A stretch of 52,406 nt of DNA from Octopus bimaculoides (lineage: Eukaryota), in assembly GCF_001194135.2 (NCBI RefSeq), contig NC_068987.1, positions 841,594 to 893,999 of the forward strand, read 5' to 3'. Every line of letters starts with the position of its first letter. The first letter of the stretch is position 1. The notes beneath the pieces were generated by a model. The model saw only the letters and a program-made list of their open reading frames with translations. It made no database searches and was not told where the DNA came from. Shown here one piece after another: positions 1-12,031 of this stretch. The translations under genes and the position numbers were made by a program.

Positions 1-29
1 TATTGTTATTATTATTATTATTATTATTA

Positions 30-81
<52 letters not shown>

Positions 82-168
82 CATTATTGTTATTATTATT
101 ATCATCATTGTTATAAGTGTTGTTGTTCTTGTTATTTTTGTTATTTTTGTTGTTGTCATTACTACTAT

Positions 169-206
<38 letters not shown>

Positions 207-210
207 ATAC

Positions 211-252
<42 letters not shown>

Positions 253-300
253 GAGTAGGAGTAGGAGTAGTAGTAGTAGGAGTAGTATCGTCTTGTTGCT
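1..300. repeat. Compound trinucleotide microsatellite (TAT)n-(TTG)-(CTA)n-(TAG)n-(AGG)
   Basis: Directly visible; accounts for ORFs 117..302 and 210..440. Confidence 0.95.
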
Positions 301-849
301 GATATTAATAATATTATTGTTGTTCTTACCACTATTGTCATTTCATTATCCTTGCATGCACAATTTCTCTGCGGCGTCCTGCTCCCGCTCCTCCTGTGCC
401 TGCTCCTGCTTCCCCAATGTTCTTGACCTGTCAATGGCATAGGATAACCTTGATTGCTTGCTTAGATAAAATTTACATGTATGGCTTAACCGATCCAGTT
501 ACTGGATCTGTTAGATTTATATTTTTTTTTTAGCAGAAAAATAGATCCGATTATTGTCTAAGACCAGTTTACCACTTTTCTTTGGTATATGCGGCTATAT
601 TACACCTATCTGTTGGCATTTGTGAAGGGCGTCATGAGACAGCTCTTTTGATGTTAGATCAAAAACTCATTAATTTTTTTAAAATACGAATATGAAGATG
701 AGTGCAGAGAGATAGGTGCTGCCCAACAGCAAACGGTATGAAAAATGGATGACATTGGTAAACTGGTAACGCATAATATCTACATGAACTAATCAACTGC
801 AGGAAAGCAGCAAAAACTAGAAGAATGTACTTCCATTTAGTGCATTACA

Positions 850-2400
850 ACGATCTGTCCGACATTGTGGCGTTGTTTACCTAAGGATGCAGTACCGTTG
901 AATATAACAATCCGGAATTGATTTTTTTCTTGACTAACTTCAATCATTTCCTTCCCATCACAATGTCGAATATAATCTCGTGGGTTGAATCTGGAGTATT
1001 GAATGCTGGGAACGAAACTGTGTTCATGCTTCCATAGATCACAGGGTGAACATGCGCAAGATACATATTTTTGTCCCCTCCCGAGACACGCTATCGAGAT
1101 ATTTATTTTGACATATATGTTGACCAAGTAGGGCCAAATACCGAGCAGCCATATATTTCATTTAATATGAGTAGAGAATTTCTTCCTTGCCGTTTGTTTG
1201 TATCTGTATTCGTGTTTCGAGAACAGGTTGCTTTTTGTTGGGATGTTTGGATCTGTACTCGATTGTCACCTTAATGCTTTCGTGGATGAAGTTTCCTATG
1301 TGCTGGACATTTTACATGTTATGGAAAATTGTGCTTAATAGTGCAGTGGTTTTATCACAATGTTTATATCGTCGACGTATCAACAAGACATTACTACAAA
1401 TATGGAGCTGTCTATTATGATTTTCTGGAGTTCCTTACTATATCATACAATGAAGAGGTTGGTTAGGTCTCCAGCCATGCGTAACTGAAGCCTTCTCTCG
1501 ATTATAGAAGTGTAACAAGGCGGTGAGCTGGCAGACACGTTAGCACGCCGGGCGAAATGCTTAGCGGTATTTCGTCTGCCGCTACGTTCTGAGTTCAAAT
1601 TCCGCTGAGGTTGACTTTGCCTTTCACCCTTTCGGGGTCGATAAATTAAGTACCAGTTGTGCAATGGGATCGACCTAATCGACTGCCCCCCCCCAAATTC
1701 TGGCTTTGTGCCTATAGTAGAAAAAAATTATAAGTGTTATTAATATATGTGCCACTTTTGTGTCAGCCTTATGCTGACACCAGCAGCATGTGTCATCAGT
1801 GTTTCTATTTGGTCGTAGTCCCTTGGAGTTTGGATGGATTTAGTCCATTCGTTCCAGAGTTCATTGGGGTTTTCTTTACTGCCTAAATAACTGGACTTTG
1901 TCTAACTTGATCTGTTCAAGCGGGGCAAAGCATTTTACGGATCACGCTTTTTGAGTATCCACTATCACATGCAAGATTTATGAGAATTCGGAGCTCATCC
2001 ATGTTGATATGAAATAACATATCATGTCGCAAATTATCTCCACATACTTTCCTACGGCAAAATCAATATCAAATGATGAATATAGTGATATTACATTAAT
2101 ATTATCTATAATACAATCTGAAAGGTTTGTAGGAGAAGTTGCAGTCACCGATTCTGTTGAGAAAATCTTCAGCGCTGACGAAAACGTCTAGAGACATCTC
2201 TGTTAATGAGTGTAAAATCATAGAGAGAAAATAACAGCCTATGGTTGCTGAAGTTTTGCATTGCGCAAACCAGTCTTGTCGGAGTCCCAGTAATGCGATC
2301 AAGGGCAGGCTTGTGGTCTTTCATGAGTCCATACATTGTAGGTAATGTATTGTTTATGGCCCGCAAATTGTTTGAAGTGCCCCTTATAGGTCAAGTGATA
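850..2400 (-). mobile_element. Decayed Penelope-like retroelement reverse transcriptase (Neptune-like), interrupted by a SINE
   Basis: Minus-strand translation across stops and frameshifts gives PLE RT motifs in the expected order: LPTMYGLMKDHKP..TPTRLVC (~2340-2280), SAEDFLNRIGDCN, SLYSSFDIDF, KWHIY, LRMAGDLTNLF, YVDDI (1368-1379), FIHESIKVTIEY..PVLE..ILYSY*MK. Family assignment is from recalled consensus motifs. Confidence 0.8.
1519..1727 (+). mobile_element. SINE family A, near full length
   Basis: Head GGCGGTGAGCTGGCAG (A-box-like), GAGTTCAAATTCC (B-box-like), body GACTTTGCCTTTCA..TTTCGGGGTCGATAAA..AAGTACCAG; about 10 related copies in the window; imperfect flanking duplication attatagaagtgt (1501-1513) / attataagtgt (1728-1738). 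Confidence 0.85.
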
Positions 2401-2774
2401 TATATCATCTTCCCACGTAGAAGGTAAGGAACTAATCTTTGAGGTAAAGAAACTGTTACAAATTATACAGGGGAAACAACTCAGAGAGTATTAAAATGAT
2501 TGGGGACAATTGGCAAGAGTACCACAAAAAGAAGCAAACATAATCATCACGAATATGCTGGATAGTAACACAATTGATCAATAAAAATATTGAAGTAAAA
2601 ATCCTTTAGGCAAATCTAAAAGATCCAACATTACGAGAGATTTCAGCAGAAGTAGCAATTCAGGAAGGTAAACTTGACCCACCACTACTTTCAACAGAAA
2701 GAATAAACAGATTAACAATACATCCACAGCTAGCACCGCCATAGGAATAGGGCTTCAGATCCAGGCACAAGGAC

Positions 2775-2950
2775 AAACGTTTTTTAGATGAACGGTTTAG
2801 TCGATGTCATCGACCCCAATACATCACTGGTACCTAATTTTTATCGAACCCAGAGGTCTGAAGGCGAATTGACCAGGCTGGATTTGAACTCAGAAGGTAA
2901 ATACCACTAAACATTTCTTCTAACGATCTGATGATTCTGCCAGCTCCCCA
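2775..2950 (-). mobile_element. SINE family A, degenerate copy
   Basis: Reverse complement contains gagctggcagaatc, ctgagttcaaat, ttcgataaa..ggtaccag and ggggtcgatgacatcgact. Confidence 0.7.
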
Positions 2951-3097
2951 CTTTAACCACTATTTATTTATTTATTTATTTATTTAATTACTTATGGGTT
3001 TCAGCCAAATGGCTGTGGTCATGCTGGAGCACCACCGTGACTTAATAATAAAGAATAAGGAAATGACAAACTTAAAACCGACTAAATTCAACTGCTA

Positions 3098-3098
<1 letters not shown>

Positions 3099-3153
<55 letters not shown>
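3099..3153. repeat. (CA)n microsatellite
   Basis: Directly visible. Confidence 0.95.
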
Positions 3154-3157
<4 letters not shown>

Positions 3158-3465
3158 TGCATTTGCTGTTGTAAGTATCGTAAAAGAGTTTTGTTCTACT
3201 TGTTGTCCTCATCTTCATTGTTGTTGCTGCTATCGTTCTTGCTATTGTTGCTGCTCTTGATGCTGTTCTGGTTGTTGTTGTTCTTGTTGTTGTTGCTGTC
3301 GTCGACGTCGTTGTCTTGCATCTGCCGTAGTCATTCCCTCCACTCCAACATATCTACAATCACAACTGATATTTCTCACTACTCCCATCCCTCCCCCTCT
3401 CTCCATTAATTGCTCTTTTAAACTGTCAAAACAATTCAATGTTAACCTCAAATAACATCTCACTC

Positions 3466-3569
3466 TCTTCTTCTTCTTCTTCTTCTTCTTCTTCTTCTTC
3501 TTCTTCTTCTTCTTCTTCTTCTTCTTCTTCTTCTTCTTCTTCTTCTTCTTCTTCTTCTTCTTCTTCTTC
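3466..3569. repeat. (TTC)n microsatellite
   Basis: Perfect run of about 35 units; source of the poly-K ORF 3242..3571. Confidence 0.95.
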
Positions 3570-4855
3570 AATATAAAATCCTAGCACTCTTTCATTAATT
3601 CTTTCCTATTTATATTTCTCTTCACAGAATTTCACTGAGGCAATTTACATTTTAATTCTTCTGTTCTCTTACAGTTTTCATTCACTGGATTGCGTCCATA
3701 CTGCAGCACATACTTCAAAATATCGTTATGTATTTTATAACTCAGTTATATCCATCACAGTACATACTTCATTCCTCGTGATCGAATGAGAACGTTAAAC
3801 TATATTGAGACTATACAGGGTTTACACTGGTAGATATAAACACCACTTATTCTCTCCCAGTCTAAATACATCTACATGTGTCTATCTAATCTTTCCCAAA
3901 CTTGGAATATTTGTCAAGAATAAAAGACTACGATAAAGTCTATAAATACTGGGTCAAGAAAATTGATACCAGCCAATTACCAAAGTGGATAGACTATCGG
4001 GATCTTTGCGATGATGATAATTTAGACGTTCTTCAGAAGGATGGAGATCAACTGTGTTTTAAAGTCGTATTAACAGGTCCAATGAAATTGCACGGAGGTG
4101 GCGGCCGAACGGCTTCATTTCATTTTCATCCATTATTTTATTCATCCCTTACATTCAGATTTTTTCGTCCCCGCCTTGTATTGTCCCCTCTATGTTGGCC
4201 CTTTGTGGGAAATAAAGAAAATTTTTCAATTACGGATTACATACTAAAGAGAAAAGTAATTATGGGACTTCTATCTACACACAACCATTACGGATTATTA
4301 CAAAGAATTTTACCATGGATTCATATTATTTGTTCAAAATTTTTAGCCCAAGTTTGTACAAATACACACCTGTTCTAGTAATTTTTTAAACAACATCTTT
4401 ATCATACGATTTTAGACAACATCTCTCATTCGATTGACTACACGGAAATTCATCCTTTTCTCTGACAAGTCGATGTTTTACCTTATTATGATTATCAATT
4501 TTGGATTTCATTTCGAAGGGTAATACATTCATGAAACGATCGTAAAATATCTAAAACATTTTTAAATAATCATACTTTATATATTTATCTATTAACACAA
4601 TATTATTTATATTATGGACGTATATCTTATGTGATTTTTTGATGTAATTGTTCCTGCTTTTACTTTATAATATATAATCGCTCTACTAGAATCTCTAAAT
4701 ATCTTTGAGGTTTTAGACATTTCTCATACCAAGAGCACTTATCTAAAATCCAGTACACTTTATTCTCATTTAATATATTTGATTAACTCTCTCTATATAT
4801 GGACCTGTATGAATATATATACACACTCACATATACACACACAAATACATATATG

Positions 4856-4894
<39 letters not shown>

Positions 4895-4974
4895 ATATTA
4901 TAAACTTGTCCCAATTCCCCTCACCAGCTATAATTTTCCTGTAGACTTTGATCGAGAGGCGTTTACGTCGAATG

Positions 4975-5180
4975 TCATACATTAGAGTGTGCAATCCGAG
5001 ATAGTTTTCTCCATCTATCATCCTGTGATGCTTCCTTGACACATCATCATTGTTGCTTCCTGGACCCACTGAAGTGTGTCGTTTCCTTGTCTTTCAAGAA
5101 TCCTACACCCACCCGTATCGTGATCTACCCTTTGTTCTTGAAACCCTAGATTTTGTCCAGTGAGCAATACACTTGGAAAC
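4975..5180 (-). mobile_element. LINE 3' end fragment, RTE-like
   Basis: Minus-strand frames give LLTG..I*GSRTKGRSRYGWV*D then VKEASQDDRWRKLSRIAHSNV*, resembling the RTE C-terminal G.R.RGRP...W.D / A.DR..WR pattern. Confidence 0.5.
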
Positions 5181-5849
5181 CTTCAATCACTCACGCCTCT
5201 TCATTAACAACTGCTTTGAAACAACCTCTGCTGCCACTAGAGCCGGTTTGGTAGGCTCTAGAGGCAACAGAGTTTGTCTCCTTGGTTGAATAAATATGCA
5301 ACGGGTTGAACTGGATCATAAAGATCTGCTGTTCGGTGAAGGCTGACCTGGGGCGAAGCAACAATATAACAAACTACAACAATGATAAATGAGAAATTTT
5401 CATAAAGAATTATTGTTCTATCAATTGTCAGTCATGTTTTTGTTTTTAACGAATTTACTGCTAATCTTGAACAGATTCCAAGAACTCTGTCAACAAAGGA
5501 CAAACTGCCAAATCATTAAATTTCCATAAGAATCCCCGTGGTAAGAATAATCTAAAGTGAATCATGCCAAAAGTATAGTTAATTATTCCTATTGAATATA
5601 GTGTCATCATAGTCGCTGTCTTTAATAAAGATGGTGGCAAAGTGTAATATTTTCACTGTTTTACTTCAGTCGTTGCCTTTTGTCCTTTAACACGATTTAT
5701 TTCTAGTATTTTCTTTACTTCAACGACATAAAAGCAAACACGGTCTTAAGAGATAGATTAATAATACATTTTAGGTCATGCTCTCCTTCAAACAAGGATA
5801 AGTGAATAGAGAAACGATACACATATATATAAATATATATATATGTGTA

Positions 5850-5852
<3 letters not shown>

Positions 5853-5935
<83 letters not shown>
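5853..5935. repeat. (TA)n microsatellite
   Basis: Directly visible. Confidence 0.95.
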
Positions 5936-5939
<4 letters not shown>

Positions 5940-6017
5940 GTATGTATGTATGTATTAAAAGAAGGAAAATGCACACGATTTATATATTTTTAATATATTT
6001 AAAAGGATAGAATATTA

Positions 6018-6059
6018 TCATAGTCGATCGTTTTCACGTTTCGCTAATCATGACTTTGA
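6018..6059 (-). ncRNA. Degenerate minimal type I hammerhead ribozyme motif in the Penelope 3' flank (probably inactive)
   Basis: Minus strand: tcaaagtc-ATGA-ttagc-GAAA-cgt-gaaa-acg-a-TC-gactatga. Stem I pairs at 7/8, stem III is cgt/acg and GAAA is intact. The CUGAUGA core lacks CUG and there is one extra base before the cleavage triplet. Confidence 0.5.
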
Positions 6060-6308
6060 AATCGGTGAAAATATTGCTATTTCGTATTTTCTTAAGGAGT
6101 TTTTATTCCATGTTGCGGGTATGAGATTTTGTTTATAAATGAATCACTAAGGGGAGGTAAATGGTGACTGTTATTATTCGAGAGGGAGGGGTAATTGCAC
6201 TTGGGGAATATTAATTTATATAATGTCATGAGTTATAGTAGTGAGATAAAATATACAGAGCGCCGGTTATGCGTTCATGAATTAAAATATTTACAAAACT
6301 GAAATTGG

Positions 6309-6740
6309 CTATGAGTTTATATTCAAAAGTGGTTTGTATTTGTCAATAAATATATTTTCTCTATTTAATTCTTCTTGTATAGAAATTGTTTCTGGCACTG
6401 GTAGATGGGGAAAACTGTGAAGTTTGGTAGCAGATTCCTTGCACATTTCACTATGTGTTCACTCAGAGGTATCTATCTATAACACGGGTAATTGATCTGT
6501 TCCTCATGCAGAGTAGTTCTCCGTCTAAGTGACATCATTGTTTGGCATATATAGTTGTCTCTATAACAGGAACAAGTGATCACATAAATTACATTTGGTT
6601 GCACAAGTGAAATTGGTCCTAGTTGTGAATTTCTGTCCTTGTTTGAGATGGAATTCGGAACCTTCCTGTAGGTTGGAGCATGTTCCACAATTTGGACGTC
6701 TACAATCACACCAACTCCGGTAGTCAAATGGTAGTTGCAG
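6309..6740 (-). mobile_element. Penelope-like element GIY-YIG endonuclease C-terminus (frameshifted)
   Basis: CRRPNCGTC..FTCAT / NVIYVITCSCYRDNYICQT..LRRR..H..QI..P / PLSEH..C..PNFTVFPIY / FIDKYKPLLNINS*; matches the PLE Cys-knuckle plus VIY..YIGQT plus E..FI....P.LN layout. Stop codon at 6309-6311. Confidence 0.85.
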
Positions 6741-6752
6741 GTACAAACGCAG

Positions 6753-6830
<78 letters not shown>
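6753..6830. repeat. (CA)n microsatellite at the 5' truncation of the PLE endonuclease fragment
   Basis: Directly visible. Confidence 0.95.
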
Positions 6831-6833
<3 letters not shown>

Positions 6834-6989
6834 TTATCAGTATTTGCAAAGGAAAGTCATCTTTCCAATCTCCACTGGCACAGAAAGTGTGTCAATAGCC
6901 AGCTGGAGGAGATGTCTTCCTGGGGCTACAATCTACAGTAGCATCAACCCTTAAGGGCTAGCCACATTTAGGTGGCAAATATACTTCAC

Positions 6990-7062
<73 letters not shown>

Positions 7063-7939
7063 ATATGTATTAAAATTCAGGTGAATAAAGCACTAAAATG
7101 GTAAGGCACCGGGACGGTTCAAAATGAAAATGCATACACTGCAACTATAGACGAATACAAGCATTGGTACCGAAATACAAGTAGAAAGATATTCAGGCTA
7201 TGTGTACAATTAACTGAACCCAAACTGGGTATACTATTAACCTTGGGCTAATCCATAAAGGCACGTTGTATTCAGTATGGAAGCAGAAAAGCAGATGAAC
7301 ACAAATAGGTTGAAAGCAAAACAGCTGTTGACATAAGACATTTATTACAGAGTGAACATGGAAAAGCAGAATTATACTAGAGATTCAGTTAGAAAATATT
7401 TTTATGTTATAATAAACAGTTTTGCAACCGAATCCCCGGTTTGGATCTGCTTTTGAAGAAATTGTGAAAAAAGAAAAGCATATAAAATGATTTAACATGG
7501 CAAATATAAAAATAGATAAAATTTATAAATGTGGGTGTACAAAAAAACTTAAATGAAGTCGGGTAATATCTTAGAAATAGGACGATAAAAATTCTCCGAA
7601 GGAAGTGAAGAATGGTGTCAAAATATTGGTGAACGATCTGTTCTGCTCCTTTAGAGAAATGAAGAGATTAGTTCTTAGAGGTATGTAGTTACAAAGGAAA
7701 TATTTAGAGCCTGTGGAGAGGATCAAATAGTTTTGTACCTTTTATTTAAGCCGAGCAAATTTCGAAATATAATGAAAATCTCTGTTAAGCAGAATTTATG
7801 ACGTAATAAACACTTTATTTTAAAAAGGAACGGGCATTTTGCAATATATTGTAACCCGTTTCTGTATAATCTCTATAAAATAGAATCCGTTGCAATCGTT
7901 GGATAATTGATTGATGTCTCCAGTCACGCTCCTCGTCGT

Positions 7940-7980
<41 letters not shown>

Positions 7981-8574
7981 AGTAATGAGAGAGATAGAAA
8001 AGTAGTAAATACAAACGTACAAACCCCTGTGTAAAGTAAAAACCGTCTTCAGTGGGACTCAGAGCCTAAGCTGCAGGACAAAATACCACCAGGCATTTTA
8101 TCCGACTCTCTAATGATACTATCAATTCATTGTCGGATACGCAGTTATCACAGCCAAACTGAAGATTAAAGAATCCAGTTGCTTCATTAGAGTGGGCCCT
8201 ATTAAAGACAGTAAAAGCCAATATTGAAAATGGTGAATCAATCATGCAGGGATCATTAGAATCCATTGGACGGGTTTCGGGTTATTTCTGCCAATTCAGT
8301 TTTAATTATATGTTCCACTTGACCAAATACTACAGCACGAGATCCTTGCCAAGGTGTCACGTGTTAAATAATGGTATCGACTCTGGAATCACGTAATGCA
8401 TTGTAGAGTCAAACCGGTGCCAACACCGACCCAAGTTGCCAGTTTTCCGAAATCAAAGACAACCCTATTAACCTGGCAATCTCACAGAGAAGCTTGCACA
8501 AATGACATCTTTGATATTAAACGTTCCTCTATTTTCACCTCGAACATCCAAATTGTGTTTCTCACCAATCTACA

Positions 8575-8685
8575 CGCCCTTTCGGGGTTGATATAAGTAC
8601 CAGTTAGATACTGGGGTCGATATAATCGACTTACACCATCCCTCCCCCAACCTGCAGGCCTTGTCCCAAAATTTGAAACCAATAT
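8575..8685 (+). mobile_element. SINE family A, 3' half
   Basis: ccctttcggggttgatataagtaccag..ctggggtcgatataatcgact..ggccttgtcccaaaatttgaaac. Confidence 0.65.
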
Positions 8686-11600
8686 TTGTAGAGATTATAC
8701 AGATACACGTACGCACCCACATTTGCTAGCACGACCTACTATCTGTACGAATGTCTTTAATGACTTTTACTATTCTAGGCCGACGCCGGTGTTTGCCTGT
8801 ATGGGCGATGGAGGTGTCAGTGCAAAGCAAACTTGCAGGCAGGGGTGCATCGTAACGATGGGGTAATTGTTGATAAGGGAGCAGACAGAAAAGAACAAAA
8901 GAAGAAGAAAAAAAAAGCAGTATCAATATAACCCGAGCGAAAAACAAGGAATGGAAATCCTATGAAAGCATGTAAGCAAATCGAAAAAGAACATTGTATA
9001 TGTAGATAAGAAAGTTTAGCGGTGCCAAAGAAATATCTCACAATACAAAGAGGAATCTGGAACTGGGGTATTCAGTGATGGAGAAAGATACAAATTGTGC
9101 TTGAAACAATCGGAGAAATTATTTGTTAGAGGATTTACAGATACGAAGTAAAATATATAGAGGCCTGTCGACAAAATGAAAAGCGTCGAACTTTTTATTT
9201 AAGATGTGTAATATTTAAATGAAAATATAATTTTTCTCAGTAAAAACGGTTTATAAACACGGTCAAGATACTTTTAAGAAATCTTATCGTTTTGTCAACG
9301 AAGTTTCAAATTGCTTGGGAAAAAAATGTATATTGTATCATAACACGTCTTGGATTTGTTCTTACCTGACCTGATAAAAAATATAAACTCATAGCTATTG
9401 TATTGCTGTCACCTTAGCACAGTAAACTAAAACAATGTCACGGGCTCTGCCTTTATTCTTCTGATCAAGTCAGAAACATTTGCAATGCACGATGTTGGAC
9501 TTTCTAAGGGTTTCTTACTATGCATAAAAGACAAAATATCATTGATTAGGTTCGAGATTGGAATATTATACTTTGCGTTTATATAGTTTTCGTGTAATTT
9601 TGGCAAAGATTAGATTAACATTTGCTAAAATAATGTAATCGCGACTAAACAAGCTATATGAAATTGTTCTTGTGATATCTGTCGTTTTGTGGTTGTTCAT
9701 GTTATTGTTGTTACTACTAAGTACATCATTTACCACCCGAAGGATTATTAAAGATTAACGAACTGCTCACATATCTGCTATTTAGATTCTATTAAGAAAA
9801 TAAATGACGATCAAAAGTTCAGTGGATAAAAATATTAATTAATAAATATTATAAAGTTTTTATCAATTGATTTTTTATAATTTACTTCAAATTCGACCGT
9901 TGATTATCATTGTTATTTGGAATAGATGTCATCATTCCGTTAACTTACTAAACATAATAAAGCTGTGATCGTCTGAGATTATCTAAATGATTAATACAGC
10001 TAAAATCCCTTTAAGATTGCTTAAATCTAACAAAAGAACAACCAAGGGAGATAACAACTCTCCCCAAGCAATATCAGGTGATAGTCATTTTAGACGATAT
10101 GAAAAATAGATTAGATTGAATCTGGTCCGTTAACGTCAATTAGGCAAATGAATGGCCAGGTTTCGTGCTTGCTTTACCTCCTCAGTGAAAATTATTTTAC
10201 TTAGTTGTCACAACTAGAATGATAAAAAAATATCTAAATAGAAATAATGTAATGGTACTAGATATATACTAACTGTATATTAAATATCTTCTGTTGGTCG
10301 AACATTTTTACACTCATCGTAAAAATCGCCTGAGATCCAAATTTTAAAATATATCTAATTATTATTATTTGTATAGATTAATTTGCTTTGCTAGACGAAT
10401 TATATTCCGTTTTTGACAGTTATAATTGAATTTTATTTAGTTTTCTGTGACATTTATCTACAGCTCTGTTCTTTCTAATTATTCATTACTGAAACAGTTT
10501 TTAGGAACCATGAATTAATCAAACTTTCTCCGTAACAACACTTAACTGTAACCCTACATTTCTCTAACTCAGAAAAGTATATTAAAAACAAATAAATTTT
10601 TTAGAAACCCATAATGTCCTTAATGTATTTCAATGTGCGGGTAGCCTTATATAAATACAGAAAAGACAAAAGGTCTAGTTTATTATTTAGAAGATTTTCA
10701 CTATTAGATCTCCTAAAAATTTCAGATTTTCATAAATCTGTTCTGTAAAAACAGAAATGATTGTTCGTCCAGTAAGAGAAAGACGTCAGATGAATTGAAG
10801 AAAAAGGTTTTAAAGATCCATTTCGTGAAATGTTGTCGGATAAATTAGGTTGGTGTACATGGAAATTCCTGAGCCTGAAAAGTCATAATTATTTTCAATA
10901 ATATTTTCCGATTTCCATTTGGCTCAGGGATACAGGTACCATTGAAGGAATAAGATGCCGCGTTGATGCAGACGCTATTCACTTTGAAGCTTCTCATAGT
11001 GGTCGAGGTTTACTATAAGACATTTCAATAAACAAGTTTGGTTTGAGCTATTTTAGCTGTTTTATGACAAATACAAGCTGTTCATCAACGCTGCTGCTGC
11101 TGTTTGACCTGAAGTAATTCTTTATTGAGCAGATGCAGAGTGCAAGGTATTCCTGCCAGAACTGGAAACCTGTCTAAACCGCACAAGAGTAAAAATATCT
11201 TCTAAGACAGACAGTTCTGGTTTTTTTTTTATGAATATTTGAGAAATGAAAAAAGGTGAAAGAAAACCTCTGCGAATGAAATCTGTGAGAATTAGAACGT
11301 GAGAAGAATGAGTTGAAAAATGAACTAATTTAAATGTTCTAGATACTGTATGTGCCATTATAATATCGACAGTATTGGCCATAGTCTATTGTTCTGTAGT
11401 GATGACTGGAAATTAACCTCTCGACATACTGTATATCTTCTAAAAATACGGCTTCTTTTGCGTAGTAGGTCTGACATCTGACACCTATAAACCTCAAGAA
11501 GGTGATTAAAAGAATAATTGTATGTTAGGGAGCAATTAAAGATGGCAGTTATTGTAAATCCTCCTGACCTTCCATATAATAAGATGGCCAGCAACATCTT

Positions 11601-11980
11601 CCATTTTCCAATAAATCCGATTAGATTTCGGACAGCAAAAATCTGAAAGGGGAGCAAAGCTTAACGTAAAAATGGGACATGAAATGAAAATGATAATCAG
11701 CCCTTTTAACTAACCTGTATCTGGTCGCTCCACCTGGTAAAGATAGCAGCCATATCACCTTTAGATCAAACTTTTCTATTTTATATTAAGACGAGACACA
11801 GCTTATGCAGTCCTAAAAGCTCTCAGAGATACGGAATGGTCATAGCTAAAATACCATATATCATAGGTTCTGCTTAAGCAAATTTGATCTGGTGCCAAAA
11901 AGCAACAAAATAGCCATACATCTATATCTTTACTTGCTTAATATCTCATCTGTGAAAGAAGGAATGCCTGAAACAAATGG

Positions 11981-12031
<51 letters not shown>

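Noticed and set aside
2420-2750. Purine-biased coding-like stretch next to the PLE
   Set aside because: No recognisable motif in any frame; cannot be assigned without a search.
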